From an uncultured Acidobacteriota bacterium (GTDB lineage Bacteria > Acidobacteriota > Vicinamibacteria > Vicinamibacterales > JAKQTR01), in assembly GCA_963695795.1 (NCBI GenBank), contig CAVOHU010000002.1, forward strand, positions 341,565 to 405,564: a stretch of DNA of 64,000 bases, given 5' to 3'. Shown here in pieces: positions 1 to 8,331 of the stretch; positions within the stretch are counted from its first letter, which is position 1, and every line of letters starts with the position of its first letter. A program made the translations under genes and the position numbers. The notes under the pieces are model-generated. The model was not told the DNA's origin. It did not search any database and saw only the letters and a list, made by a program, of their open reading frames with translations.

Positions 1-203
1 GAGAGATCGAGCGCCTCGCGCACGGCCGACGGTGATTCGCCGTGGGTCACCGGGCCTCGCGGCATCGATTCGAGGAAACCCGCGAGCTGATCCACGAGTC
101 GATGTCCGAGCGAGCGGAAGGTCGCCGCGTCCATCGCGAGCGCCGCATGCCGAGTGATCTCTTCGTGCATGCTTGGCTGTTTCTCCCCCGATTCCCTGCT
201 CAT
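1..203 (-). CDS. PLP-dependent (group II) amino-acid decarboxylase, N-terminal part only; the gene runs off the window start
   Basis: My own minus-strand translation from the ATG (rc of cat 201-203) gives MSRESGEKQPSMHEEITRHAALAMDAATFRSLGHRLVDQLAGFLESMPRGPVTHGESPSAVREALDL. The 'MDAxxFRxxGHxLVDxxAxxLE' opening is typical of this family. It is absent from the ORF track because it is open at the window edge. Confidence 0.45.
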   Translation of the reverse strand, partial: MSRESGEKQPSMHEEITRHAALAMDAATFRSLGHRLVDQLAGFLESMPRGPVTHGESPSAVREALDL

Positions 204-209
204 GCACGG

Positions 210-1085
210 TTACCTTTGAAGAGGCTCGGCGACGAGAGCAAGCCACTTCCCGTCCGGGCTCGCCGCGAGACGTGTGAGTTTCGACAGTCCGGCCGGCCCG
301 AGATCGCCCACATCGGTCCAGCCGGCGGTGCCCTCTCGCCATGCGCAGACCTTCGCGCCCGATGCCATCAGCATGCGGCCGTCCGGCAACCATGTCAGGA
401 ACTGGCTGCCTGGCAGCGCTTCGGTGATCACGGTGGTGGTCTTCGTCGCGGGATCCAGTTGTTTGACGATCGCGGGGGCGCCGGGTGGACGCGAGATGAA
501 GCTGACACTCTTGCGTCCAGGACGAATGAGGAGCGACTGGCCGATGTTCGGCTCGATCACGTCAGCCGTGTCGGCCACCGTGTCGATGAGTTGCAGCGTG
601 GCAGGGCTGCCCGAAGAGCCGAGCACGAACACCGCGACGCGATGGTCGTCGATCCACACGTGGTACCCGATGAGCCCTTTGTGCGCGTAGGCCAGCCTGG
701 GATTCGATCCGTCGAGATCGAATCGCCACAATTCCTGTTTTTCGCCGCGCACGGTCGAGAATCCCCTGCCGTCCGGCGTCACGAGTGCGGAGTACTCGTT
801 CTCGGGCGTGTGCGTCAATTGCGTGACGAGCTTCGTCTTGATCTCGTACCGGTAGATGTCGGTCTGCTTGCCGTCACGGCGCGACGTGAAGAGAACCGCG
901 GAGCTGTCCGGCAGGAAGCTGGGCTGGTTGTCGTACTCCGGGGTGTTGCTGATATCGATCGGCGTTCCAATCGACACCCTGTCGCCACCGACCGAAAGCG
1001 GCGCCAGGTAGACCTCGGTCGCAGGCGGCGGCGCCGCCTGGGGCACGAAGAGCGATCCAAGCAGGAGCGCCGGCGCGAGTCGCAT
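210..1085 (-). CDS. Secreted TolB-like WD40/beta-propeller repeat protein
   Basis: 291-aa ORF with a signal peptide (MRLAPALLLGSLFVPQAA). It has repeated 'NTPEYDNQPSFLPDSSAVLFTSRRDG..DIY' and 'SPDGKWLA' motifs typical of TolB-type propeller blades. Confidence 0.7.
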   Translation of the reverse strand: MRLAPALLLGSLFVPQAAPPPATEVYLAPLSVGGDRVSIGTPIDISNTPEYDNQPSFLPDSSAVLFTSRRDGKQTDIYRYEIKTKLVTQLTHTPENEYSALVTPDGRGFSTVRGEKQELWRFDLDGSNPRLAYAHKGLIGYHVWIDDHRVAVFVLGSSGSPATLQLIDTVADTADVIEPNIGQSLLIRPGRKSVSFISRPPGAPAIVKQLDPATKTTTVITEALPGSQFLTWLPDGRMLMASGAKVCAWREGTAGWTDVGDLGPAGLSKLTRLAASPDGKWLALVAEPLQR

Positions 1086-1108
1086 GGGCGTCTCTCCTCG
1101 GTCGCAGA

Positions 1109-1864
1109 CTACTTCACACCCGGCCGCCCGAACGTGGCGTCGTCGATCGGCTTGTTGAGCTCGACCTTGGACAGGCTGATCGCCACCGTCTGCGTCGAGT
1201 TCGACATGGTCACGCTGAAGGGGAGCTTCGAACCGCCCACGTCGCGGTAGTCGCCGAGATCACTGGTCTGCTCCACCTCCCCGCCCAACTCCGGAATCGT
1301 CACCGTCGTGATGGACCTGACGATCAGGAATGTCTCGGCATCCAGGAACAGGCGCGACCCCGGGCCCGCTTTGGGCGTGTAGGCGAGGACGATGACGGGA
1401 CGGCCCGCGATCGTCTCCTTACCCGTGACTGCGACCGAGGCGCCGGAGTCCTTGTAGTTCAGCAACAGGGACGGAAATTGATTGTTCAGCATGCCCTGCA
1501 ACTGGTTTCCGGTGATTTCGCGGTCGCCCTGAAGACTATTGCTGACGAACGCGGACTTCCCGTCGCAGCGCTGATCCACGACCATCTGCGGCCCGCCCAG
1601 TGCGGACAAATCGAGCGTCATCAGGGTTCGCGCCTTGTTGGGCACTTTGCGGGAGATCTCGATCGAGCCCGGGATCTCGCCCGCCTGGCTCGTGACGACC
1701 ACCGTGCCAATCGCGACCTGGCTGGTCAGCTTGCCGAGCGCCGCTTTCCCGCCGATTGCGGCAAGGTGTTTTTCGATGACCTCGTCAGCTGTCTGGGCGA
1801 ACGCGAGAGACGGGAGTGCCTGGATGGCGCCAATCACGACGAGCCCGATCACAGTGCGCTTCAT
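1109..1864 (-). CDS. Secreted hypothetical protein, LolA-like/lipoprotein-sorting-like
   Basis: Start moved to the internal MKRTVIGLVVIGAIQALPSLAFAQ, a clear signal peptide. The overall beta-rich pattern resembles the LolA-like fold family. Function not established. Confidence 0.5.
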   Translation of the reverse strand: MKRTVIGLVVIGAIQALPSLAFAQTADEVIEKHLAAIGGKAALGKLTSQVAIGTVVVTSQAGEIPGSIEISRKVPNKARTLMTLDLSALGGPQMVVDQRCDGKSAFVSNSLQGDREITGNQLQGMLNNQFPSLLLNYKDSGASVAVTGKETIAGRPVIVLAYTPKAGPGSRLFLDAETFLIVRSITTVTIPELGGEVEQTSDLGDYRDVGGSKLPFSVTMSNSTQTVAISLSKVELNKPIDDATFGRPGVK

Positions 1865-1957
1865 GGAGATCCCCTTCGTGGGCCGCTGCCGGCGAGCGCC
1901 ACACCACGGCCACGCCCGGCTTCGATCAATTGTTGGGCCCCACAAAGCACTATGCCA

Positions 1958-2395
1958 CTAGTCCGGCTTTCGGCGAAACCACGTTTCGATGCTGAGGCGG
2001 CCGGGGCCGGCGGCCATGAGGAGCAGAAGCCCGCCGATGATCGAGAGGTTCTTGAAGAAGTGGATTTCCTGCCCGCGGCGCGCGGCCTCGGGAAATTCCC
2101 AGTAGCGGTGCGAGAGCACGGTGGCGACAATCATGAAGAGGATGACCGGAAGCGCCGCCAGGCGCGTTTTGATCCCGGAGATGATCAGGATCCCGCAGAC
2201 GAGTTCGACCGCGATGCCGACGATCGCGAACATCATTGGGAGCGGGACGCCGCGGCTGGCGAGATTGGCCGCGAATGCGCCGGCGCCCGTGAGCTGATGA
2301 AGCCCGCTCTCCAAGAAGATCGCGCCGAGTGCGACGCGTCCCGCGAGCAGGATCACATCGTCGATGGTCCGACTGGTTGGGGGCTGGCTTGCCAT
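1958..2395 (-). CDS. DoxX family membrane protein
   Basis: 145 aa with four hydrophobic segments. The 'LLAGRVALGAIFLESGLHQL' and 'HFFKNLSIIGGLLLL' motifs are characteristic of DoxX. Confidence 0.8.
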   Translation of the reverse strand: MASQPPTSRTIDDVILLAGRVALGAIFLESGLHQLTGAGAFAANLASRGVPLPMMFAIVGIAVELVCGILIISGIKTRLAALPVILFMIVATVLSHRYWEFPEAARRGQEIHFFKNLSIIGGLLLLMAAGPGRLSIETWFRRKPD

Positions 2396-2409
2396 CGTGT
2401 CCTCCGGCC

Positions 2410-3120
2410 CTACTTCTTTTTCTTGGGCGGAACGAGCGGGGCCAACGGTACTTCCTGGACAACGTACTGAATGCCCACGCGGGTCTGTGGAACGGGTTCG
2501 GCGCCAAACGGCGGGACGACCATCGGGATCACCGCGGATCCGCTGATCCTGTTGCCGCTGGCAGGAAGCGGGCCGGTCAGGAAGACCGGAGGAGTCCTGG
2601 AGATGTCTGTCGTCAGGAGCGTGACGAGCGATTCGATGGTCCCGATCATCGGGTTGCTGAGCTTCACTGGATACGCGAATCCGCCGTTGACCTGGTAGCC
2701 AGGCGTGCGTCCGCCGACCTCGAAGACGGCCGAGCCGTCGACAGGGCGGCCGGCGTCATTCTTGTATTCCGTCCGGGAGTGGTCGTGCTTGTTGACGAGC
2801 AGGCCGGCGATCGACAGATTTGCCGAATGCACCTTCTCGACGTGCCAGCGCCCCCAGTCGTCACGCTTGTCGGCCTGCTTGAGGTACAGCCGCGCGGTGG
2901 CGGCCATGTCGAGAGTGGCGCTGAAGTCGGCGTTCTCGAACGCGTCCTTCGCGGTCCACGTGATGTCGAGCTGCCACTCGGAGACCGACGTGAAGTTCGC
3001 CAGTGAGATGACAGGCACGCGGCTGCCCTGGCCGGGCGACGGAAGCGGCGGTGCGACGGCGAGCGAAAGCAGCGAGAGGGCCGCAAGGCCCGCCGCGAAT
3101 CCCACGCGAGTGCGATCCAT
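2410..3120 (-). CDS. Hypothetical secreted protein
   Basis: The long ORF was trimmed to MDRTRVGFAAGLAALSLLSLAVAPP (signal peptide). I recognise no family. Confidence 0.45.
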   Translation of the reverse strand: MDRTRVGFAAGLAALSLLSLAVAPPLPSPGQGSRVPVISLANFTSVSEWQLDITWTAKDAFENADFSATLDMAATARLYLKQADKRDDWGRWHVEKVHSANLSIAGLLVNKHDHSRTEYKNDAGRPVDGSAVFEVGGRTPGYQVNGGFAYPVKLSNPMIGTIESLVTLLTTDISRTPPVFLTGPLPASGNRISGSAVIPMVVPPFGAEPVPQTRVGIQYVVQEVPLAPLVPPKKKK

Positions 3121-3363
3121 CCCGGACCCTCCCTGCCCATCGAGGTCGATGATGTTCGAATGCGTCTCCAGGTTCAGACGCGTGGCGGACATCATTGGCC
3201 AGGACGGGGCAAGTTGTCCAGGATCGCCGCGGGCGCCGGCTCTTCGAACTGCTCGGACCCACTGTGGACGGCCCTGTCAATGTCGAGAGACCGGCCTGAT
3301 CGAGAGCCGACAGGGAACTTCGGGTGTCCGCCGGTGTCCAACACGGCAGAGGGGGAGGACTAC

Positions 3364-3477
3364 ATGCCAACCGCAGGTCGGTCACAGCTCATCACGCTTG
3401 GCTGGCAGACGTGGGCGATCCTTGCGGTCGTCCTCGTGCTCGTGCTGAGCGCAGCCGCGTTCCTTCTGTTCAGCTGA
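3364..3477 (+). CDS. Small hydrophobic peptide (37 aa), hypothetical
   Basis: The ATG at 3364 is preceded by GGGGGAGG about 6 nt upstream. Translation MPTAGRSQLITLGWQTWAILAVVLVLVLSAAAFLLFS contains one TM helix. It lies 113 nt upstream of the radical SAM gene on the same strand. Confidence 0.3.
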   Translation: MPTAGRSQLITLGWQTWAILAVVLVLVLSAAAFLLFS

Positions 3478-3590
3478 ACCGATACCAAGGACATGCAGGG
3501 CCGCTTCGTGCCGGCGGTCCAGGATAAGGCACGCACGATCGATGTCGCGCAGATTCGGCAGGACGTGCGCGGATAGGATCTGCACCCGCC

Positions 3591-4832
3591 GTGAAAGTTC
3601 TCCTCATTTCCGCGAACACGGAGCGCGTCAATATGGTCGCGCTGCCGCTCGGTCTCGGATTGGTCAGCGCGGCAACCCGCACTGCCGGTCACGAGGTCGC
3701 GTTTCTCGACCTGCTGTCCGAACCTGACGGGCGCGCGGCGACGCGGCGCCTGATCGCGGCGTTCGATCCCGGCGCGATCGGCATCTCGGTGCGCAACATC
3801 GACGATCAATGCCGCGAGAACCCGCGCTTCCTCCTCGAGCCGGTTCGGGACATCGTCGATGAGTGCCGATCGTGCACGGCGGCGCCCATCATCGTCGGCG
3901 GAGCGGGTTACAGTATTTTTCCGCGGGAGACGCTCACCTTCCTCGGGGCGGATTTCGGCGTCGCCGGCGACGGCGAGGTCGTCTTCCCTGCGCTGGTCGA
4001 GCGACTCTCGAAGGGAGATTCGTCAGTCGACCTCCCTGGCGTCTATGCGGCCGGCCGCATCCCCCCGGTCACCCGGTCCCTGTCGGCGGACCTCGCGACC
4101 CTGCCGATCTGGGACGATGAGATTGCGGTGAAGGCAGGAGCGGATACGTGGATCCCGATCCAGAGCCGCCGAGGGTGCCCGAACGATTGCTCCTACTGCG
4201 CCACGTCGATCATTCAGGGGCGCACGATTCGCCGCCGTCAGCCGGCTCGCGTGGCCGAGGCGATCGGGCAACTGGCGGCCAGGGGCCTCCGTCGCTTCTT
4301 CTTCGTGGACAACTCGTTCAACATCCCGGAGCAGCACGCCCTCGAGCTGTGCGAGGGGCTGGCCCGGCTCAGGCCTCGCGTCACCTGGCGCTGTATCATC
4401 TACCCTGAACGCGTGAATGAGGAACTCGTACGGGCGATGGCCGAAGCGGGCTGCAGCGAGGTGAGCCTTGGATTCGAGAGCGGCTGCGAACCCGTCCTCC
4501 GCGAGATGAACAAGCGGTTCACGCCGGATGACGTCCGCCGGACCTCGGACCTGCTCGCGCGCTTCGGGATTCGCCGGCTGGGATTCCTGCTTCTCGGCGG
4601 ACCCGGCGAGACACGGGAATCGGTCGAGGAGAGCCTCGAGTTCGCGCGGTCGCTGCGGCTCGACGACCTGCGCATCACCGTCGGCATTCGCGTCTATCCG
4701 GGGACCGCTCTGGCAAAGCGGGCGGCTGCGGAAGGCGTCATCGCCAGCCAGGATGAGTTGCTCCGCCCGTGCTTCTACCTTGCGCCGGGGCTCGATCCGT
4801 GGATCCGCACTCGCGTGGCCAGCGCGGGGTAG
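3591..4832 (+). CDS. B12-binding-domain radical SAM protein
   Basis: The N-terminal Rossmann-like 'MKVLLISAN..ALPLGLGLVSAATRTAGHEVAFLDL' is B12-binding-like. It is followed by 'SRRGCPNDCSYCA' (the CxxxCxxC radical SAM cluster). Confidence 0.85.
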   Translation: MKVLLISANTERVNMVALPLGLGLVSAATRTAGHEVAFLDLLSEPDGRAATRRLIAAFDPGAIGISVRNIDDQCRENPRFLLEPVRDIVDECRSCTAAPIIVGGAGYSIFPRETLTFLGADFGVAGDGEVVFPALVERLSKGDSSVDLPGVYAAGRIPPVTRSLSADLATLPIWDDEIAVKAGADTWIPIQSRRGCPNDCSYCATSIIQGRTIRRRQPARVAEAIGQLAARGLRRFFFVDNSFNIPEQHALELCEGLARLRPRVTWRCIIYPERVNEELVRAMAEAGCSEVSLGFESGCEPVLREMNKRFTPDDVRRTSDLLARFGIRRLGFLLLGGPGETRESVEESLEFARSLRLDDLRITVGIRVYPGTALAKRAAAEGVIASQDELLRPCFYLAPGLDPWIRTRVASAG

Positions 4833-4860
4833 TCGTCATCCGGATCTGTGGGGAACACTC

Positions 4861-6285
4861 TTACCTCCGCTGCCTGATCGAGTAGAGCTGGGTTTCCGTG
4901 CGCAGGAGCAGGCGGTCGCTGACGAGCGCCGGCGTGGCCAGCGCGAATTCTTCCAGGTCGTTCACCTTCAGCAGCTCGTACTTCTCTCCGGCGGCGATCA
5001 CAAATGTCTTTCCCTCCTCGTTCAGGCAGAAGATCTTCCCGTCGCTCGCCCAGGGAGATGACGTGAACGCCATGCCGCCTTCGATGCGCGAGCGGTAGCC
5101 GAGCTTGCCGGTGGCCGCATCGTAGCGGCTGAGGATCCCGGTGTCCGTCAGCGAGTAGAGGGCGCCTCCGTAGGCGAGCTGCGTGGCCAGGTAGGTGCCG
5201 GCGCGCTCAATCGCCCAGGCCACGTGTTCGCTTGGAGTCGTTCCCGGACTGGCAGCGAGAACGCCGGTCGCGCCGGGCTTCATCGCCGCGAGCACGCCGC
5301 CGTTCCCGCCGTTGAGCATGAGGAGTCCGCCGTACGCGTAGGGGCTGGGGATCGGCCCCCCTCCCATGCCGCCCAGGCGCCAGAGTTCCTTGCCAGCGAG
5401 ATCGTAGCTGATGGCGAAGCCCGGGCCAACCGTGACGAGCTCGGAGCGCCCACGCGTGGTCCAGAGGTATGGCGTCGACCAGCCCGTGCGCCTCGCTGAG
5501 GCGCTCGTCCCGGCTTTGATGTCCCGGTTGGTGCGCCAGACCTGCTTGCCCGACTTCTTGTCGAACGCCGCGATGAACTGCTGCTTCTCGTTGTCGCTGA
5601 CGATGACCAGCAGGTTGCCGGCGAGCACGGGCGAGGCACCGGTGCCGAAGTCGCCGTACATCGGGTAATTCTCGAGCGGCGTCTTCCAGGCAAGGCGACC
5701 CTTCATGTCGTAGGCCCAGAGGCCGAGACTTGTCGCGTACACGTAGACGAGCTTGCCGTCAGTGACCGGCGTCTCCGAGGTGAAGCTGTTCTTGCGGTGG
5801 CGGCCTCCGGGCGGACGGCCGGCGTGATACTCCTGCTTCCAGCTCACCTTCCCCGTCTTGAGGTCAACGCAGTACAGGAAGTAGTGGAGCGTCACCTCGC
5901 TCGGCAGCTCGAAGTCCCGCTCCATGACCTTGGCCTCGATGTCCTTCATCGACAGGCCCTGCTTCTGGAGCTCGGCGATGTACTCGTTCGAGTACTGCGT
6001 GCCGATCTGGGGCTTCTTCGAGGCGCCGTCAGTCGTAGCCGCCGTGACGAACACCCTGTTGCCCGTGACAATGGGCGACGACCAGCCGCGGCCCGGGATG
6101 GCCGCGCTCCATTCGATGTTCTCGGTCTTCGACCAGGTGTCGGGCAGACGGACCGTCGACACCGGGTTCCCCAGCGGGCCGCGGAACCTCGGCCATTCGG
6201 GTGTCTCAGCGGCAAAGGCGAACCCGACGAGGGAGGCGAGGGCCAGCGACATTGCGAGTGCGGTCGAACGGTATGAGCGGTTCAT
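4861..6285 (-). CDS. Secreted PQQ-like (BamB-type) beta-propeller repeat protein
   Basis: 474 aa with a signal peptide (MNRSYRSTALAMSLALASLVGFAFA). The opening 'WPRFRGPLGNP' and repeated 'G..W' blade motifs are typical of PQQ-like repeat proteins. Confidence 0.8.
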   Translation of the reverse strand: MNRSYRSTALAMSLALASLVGFAFAAETPEWPRFRGPLGNPVSTVRLPDTWSKTENIEWSAAIPGRGWSSPIVTGNRVFVTAATTDGASKKPQIGTQYSNEYIAELQKQGLSMKDIEAKVMERDFELPSEVTLHYFLYCVDLKTGKVSWKQEYHAGRPPGGRHRKNSFTSETPVTDGKLVYVYATSLGLWAYDMKGRLAWKTPLENYPMYGDFGTGASPVLAGNLLVIVSDNEKQQFIAAFDKKSGKQVWRTNRDIKAGTSASARRTGWSTPYLWTTRGRSELVTVGPGFAISYDLAGKELWRLGGMGGGPIPSPYAYGGLLMLNGGNGGVLAAMKPGATGVLAASPGTTPSEHVAWAIERAGTYLATQLAYGGALYSLTDTGILSRYDAATGKLGYRSRIEGGMAFTSSPWASDGKIFCLNEEGKTFVIAAGEKYELLKVNDLEEFALATPALVSDRLLLRTETQLYSIRQRR

Positions 6286-6502
6286 GTCGCGCCATCATAC
6301 AGTGCATGAGGAAACGTGCGCGACCCCCAGTGGCGCCAACTCGGAAGCTGTCGGGCCGGATTCGTCTTGCCCGATGCGCCGCGGCGAATCGCGGCCCTAT
6401 TCGCCGCACATGGCGCGGTGGTTGACTTGCGAGGGCTGGTCTTCGGCGCTTGATCTCAGGGTGTTGACATGCATAGAACAACAATGTATAAGACTGCTAC
6501 GT

Positions 6503-6841
6503 ATGGACATGAGCAAGGACCTGGTTGCTGCCTCCGCCACGCCGCTCGTGCTCGCCATCCTGGCCGAAGGCGACAGTTACGGCTACGCCATCATCAAACG
6601 GGTGACCGAGTTATCTGGCGGACACCTGCAGTGGACCGACGGCATGCTCTATCCCGTGCTGCACCGGCTCGAGCGCCTGGGTTATGTTGCGGCGAAATGG
6701 CTGGCCGCCGAGAACGGCCGCAGGCGTAAGTATTACCGGATCACCAAGGAAGGCCGGGCGCAGCTCGCAGCCCAGCGGCGGCAGTGGCAGGCTGTGGACG
6801 GCACCTTGCGGGGTATCTGGATGGAGGCGTGCACAGTATGA
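6503..6841 (+). CDS. PadR family transcriptional regulator
   Basis: MDMSKDLVAASATPLVLAILAEGDSYGYAIIKRV..GMLYPVLHRLERLGYV..RRKYYRITKEGR is the canonical PadR winged helix. Confidence 0.9.
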   Translation: MDMSKDLVAASATPLVLAILAEGDSYGYAIIKRVTELSGGHLQWTDGMLYPVLHRLERLGYVAAKWLAAENGRRRKYYRITKEGRAQLAAQRRQWQAVDGTLRGIWMEACTV

Positions 6842-8208
6842 AGACATTTGCCGATGGGCCGCTCGAGGAGCAAATCACGCAGTGGCGGGCGTACGTTGGC
6901 CGCCGGCAGGCCATTCATGGCCCCGACGTGGAGGAGCTCGAGGGACATCTCCGCGACCAGTTGGTGGCGCTCACCGAATCCGGCCTGGCAGGGGATGAAG
7001 CGTTCCTGGTCGCGGTCAAGCGCATGGGCAGCCTCGATGCGCTGTCGCGCGAATTCGCACTCGCGCACTCCGAGCGGCTGTGGAAGCAGTTGGTCGTCGC
7101 CCCCGAGGTTGCCGATGCGTCACCGAACACGGCACGCGGCGAGGTCCTCGTCGTCCTCGGCCTGGCCGTCGCCGCGGCGCTGGCCTTCAAGGTGCCGGCG
7201 CTGTTCGGCATTGGGTTCAGCGATGCCAACGAAGGGTTCTACGCCCGGAACGCCAGTCTGTTCGTCCTGCCGCTGCTCACCCTCTACTTCGCGTGGAAGC
7301 GCGGGTCGGACCTCATGAACGGGCTTTGGCTGGCGCTGCCGTTCGTGGCCGGGGCTGTCGCCGCCAACGTCTTCCCTTTCCTCAAGGGCAGCAACACTGA
7401 GATGCTCAGCGTTCTGCACTTGCCAATTGCCCTGTGGCTGGCTGTCGGCTTCGCATACGTACGAGGCCGCTGGTTCGCCGACGGCGGGCGCATGAACTTC
7501 GTGCGGTTCTCTGGCGAACTGGTCATCTACTACGTGCTCATTGCGCTCGGCGGGGGTGTCTTCACCGCCTTTACGGTCATGATGTTCAAGGCGATCGGGA
7601 TGAACGCTGAGTGGTTTGTGCAAGGCTGGTTGGTCCCGTGCGGGGCACTGGGGGCCGTCATCATCGGATCCTGGCTCGTGGAGGCGAAGCAGAGTGTCAT
7701 CGAGAACATGGCCCCGGTGCTGACCAGGCTGTTCACGCCGCTGTTCACGGTTCTGCTCCTGGTGTTCCTGGCGACGATGGCGTGGACAGGCAACCCGATC
7801 AACGTGAAGCGGGAGGTCCTGATCGGCTTCGACCTGCTGCTGGTGCTGGTCGTCGGTCTGGTGGTCTACGCCGCTTCCGCGCGCGACCCGCAAGCACCGC
7901 CGGACTTCTTCGACGCCATGCAACTGCTGCTCGTCGCGAGCGCGCTCGTGGTCGATGGGGTGGCGCTTGGGGCGATCGCGGGGCGCATCTCCGAATTCGG
8001 CTTCACTCCCAACCGGGTGGCGGCGCTTGGCGAGAATCTCATTCTGCTCGTCAACCTGGCGTGGACGGCGTGGCTGTACGCGCGCTTCGTGCGTCACCGT
8101 GGCGCGTTTGCCACGCTGGAGCGATGGCAGGTCGCCTATCTGCCGGTGTACGCCATCTGGGCGGCCCTGGTGGTCGTCGTGTTCCCCCCCGTGTTCGGTT
8201 ACCGCTGA
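6838..8208 (+). CDS. PadR-coupled polytopic membrane protein (DUF4153-like) with a cytosolic N-terminal prefix domain
   Basis: The ATG at 6838 overlaps the PadR stop (ATGA). The soluble N-terminus 'MKTFADGPLEEQITQWRAYV..DVEELEGHLRDQL' is followed by about 10 hydrophobic segments. Confidence 0.7.
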   Translation: MKTFADGPLEEQITQWRAYVGRRQAIHGPDVEELEGHLRDQLVALTESGLAGDEAFLVAVKRMGSLDALSREFALAHSERLWKQLVVAPEVADASPNTARGEVLVVLGLAVAAALAFKVPALFGIGFSDANEGFYARNASLFVLPLLTLYFAWKRGSDLMNGLWLALPFVAGAVAANVFPFLKGSNTEMLSVLHLPIALWLAVGFAYVRGRWFADGGRMNFVRFSGELVIYYVLIALGGGVFTAFTVMMFKAIGMNAEWFVQGWLVPCGALGAVIIGSWLVEAKQSVIENMAPVLTRLFTPLFTVLLLVFLATMAWTGNPINVKREVLIGFDLLLVLVVGLVVYAASARDPQAPPDFFDAMQLLLVASALVVDGVALGAIAGRISEFGFTPNRVAALGENLILLVNLAWTAWLYARFVRHRGAFATLERWQVAYLPVYAIWAALVVVVFPPVFGYR

Positions 8209-8331
8209 TACGCGGCCCGCGGGCCCTTGCAGGAGTCGAGCGGCGCGACTCGAACGCGGCCCCCCGACGTACAAGCATCTGTGATCGCTACACCATCATC
8301 CGGCTGAGGTGCGGGCGCACCGAACGCGTCG

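Noticed and set aside
42-1250. Many long ORFs antisense to, or overlapping, the called genes. Examples are 42-1250(+), 14351-15970(-), 18518-20629(+), 22520-23845(-), 27070-28956(-), 32575-34530(-), 34476-36233(-), 37644-39884(-), 45790-46818(-) and 60150-61619(-).
   Set aside because: Their translations are Arg/Gly/Ala/Pro-rich and low-complexity, with no motifs. This is typical of stop-poor shadow frames in high-GC DNA. In each case the opposite or overlapping frame carries clear family motifs.
3478-3590. A possible cobalamin riboswitch upstream of the B12-binding radical SAM gene.
   Set aside because: No B12-box-like element is visible, and the region is too short for the conserved multi-helix core.
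8232-8262. A 15-nt identity (GCGACTCGAACGCGG) to the T-arm region of the tRNA-Arg fragment, in the gap between convergent genes.
   Set aside because: No cloverleaf, anticodon arm or CCA can be built around it. It may be a very old tRNA-derived scrap or part of a terminator hairpin (GAGTCG-N7-CGACTC). There is not enough to call it.
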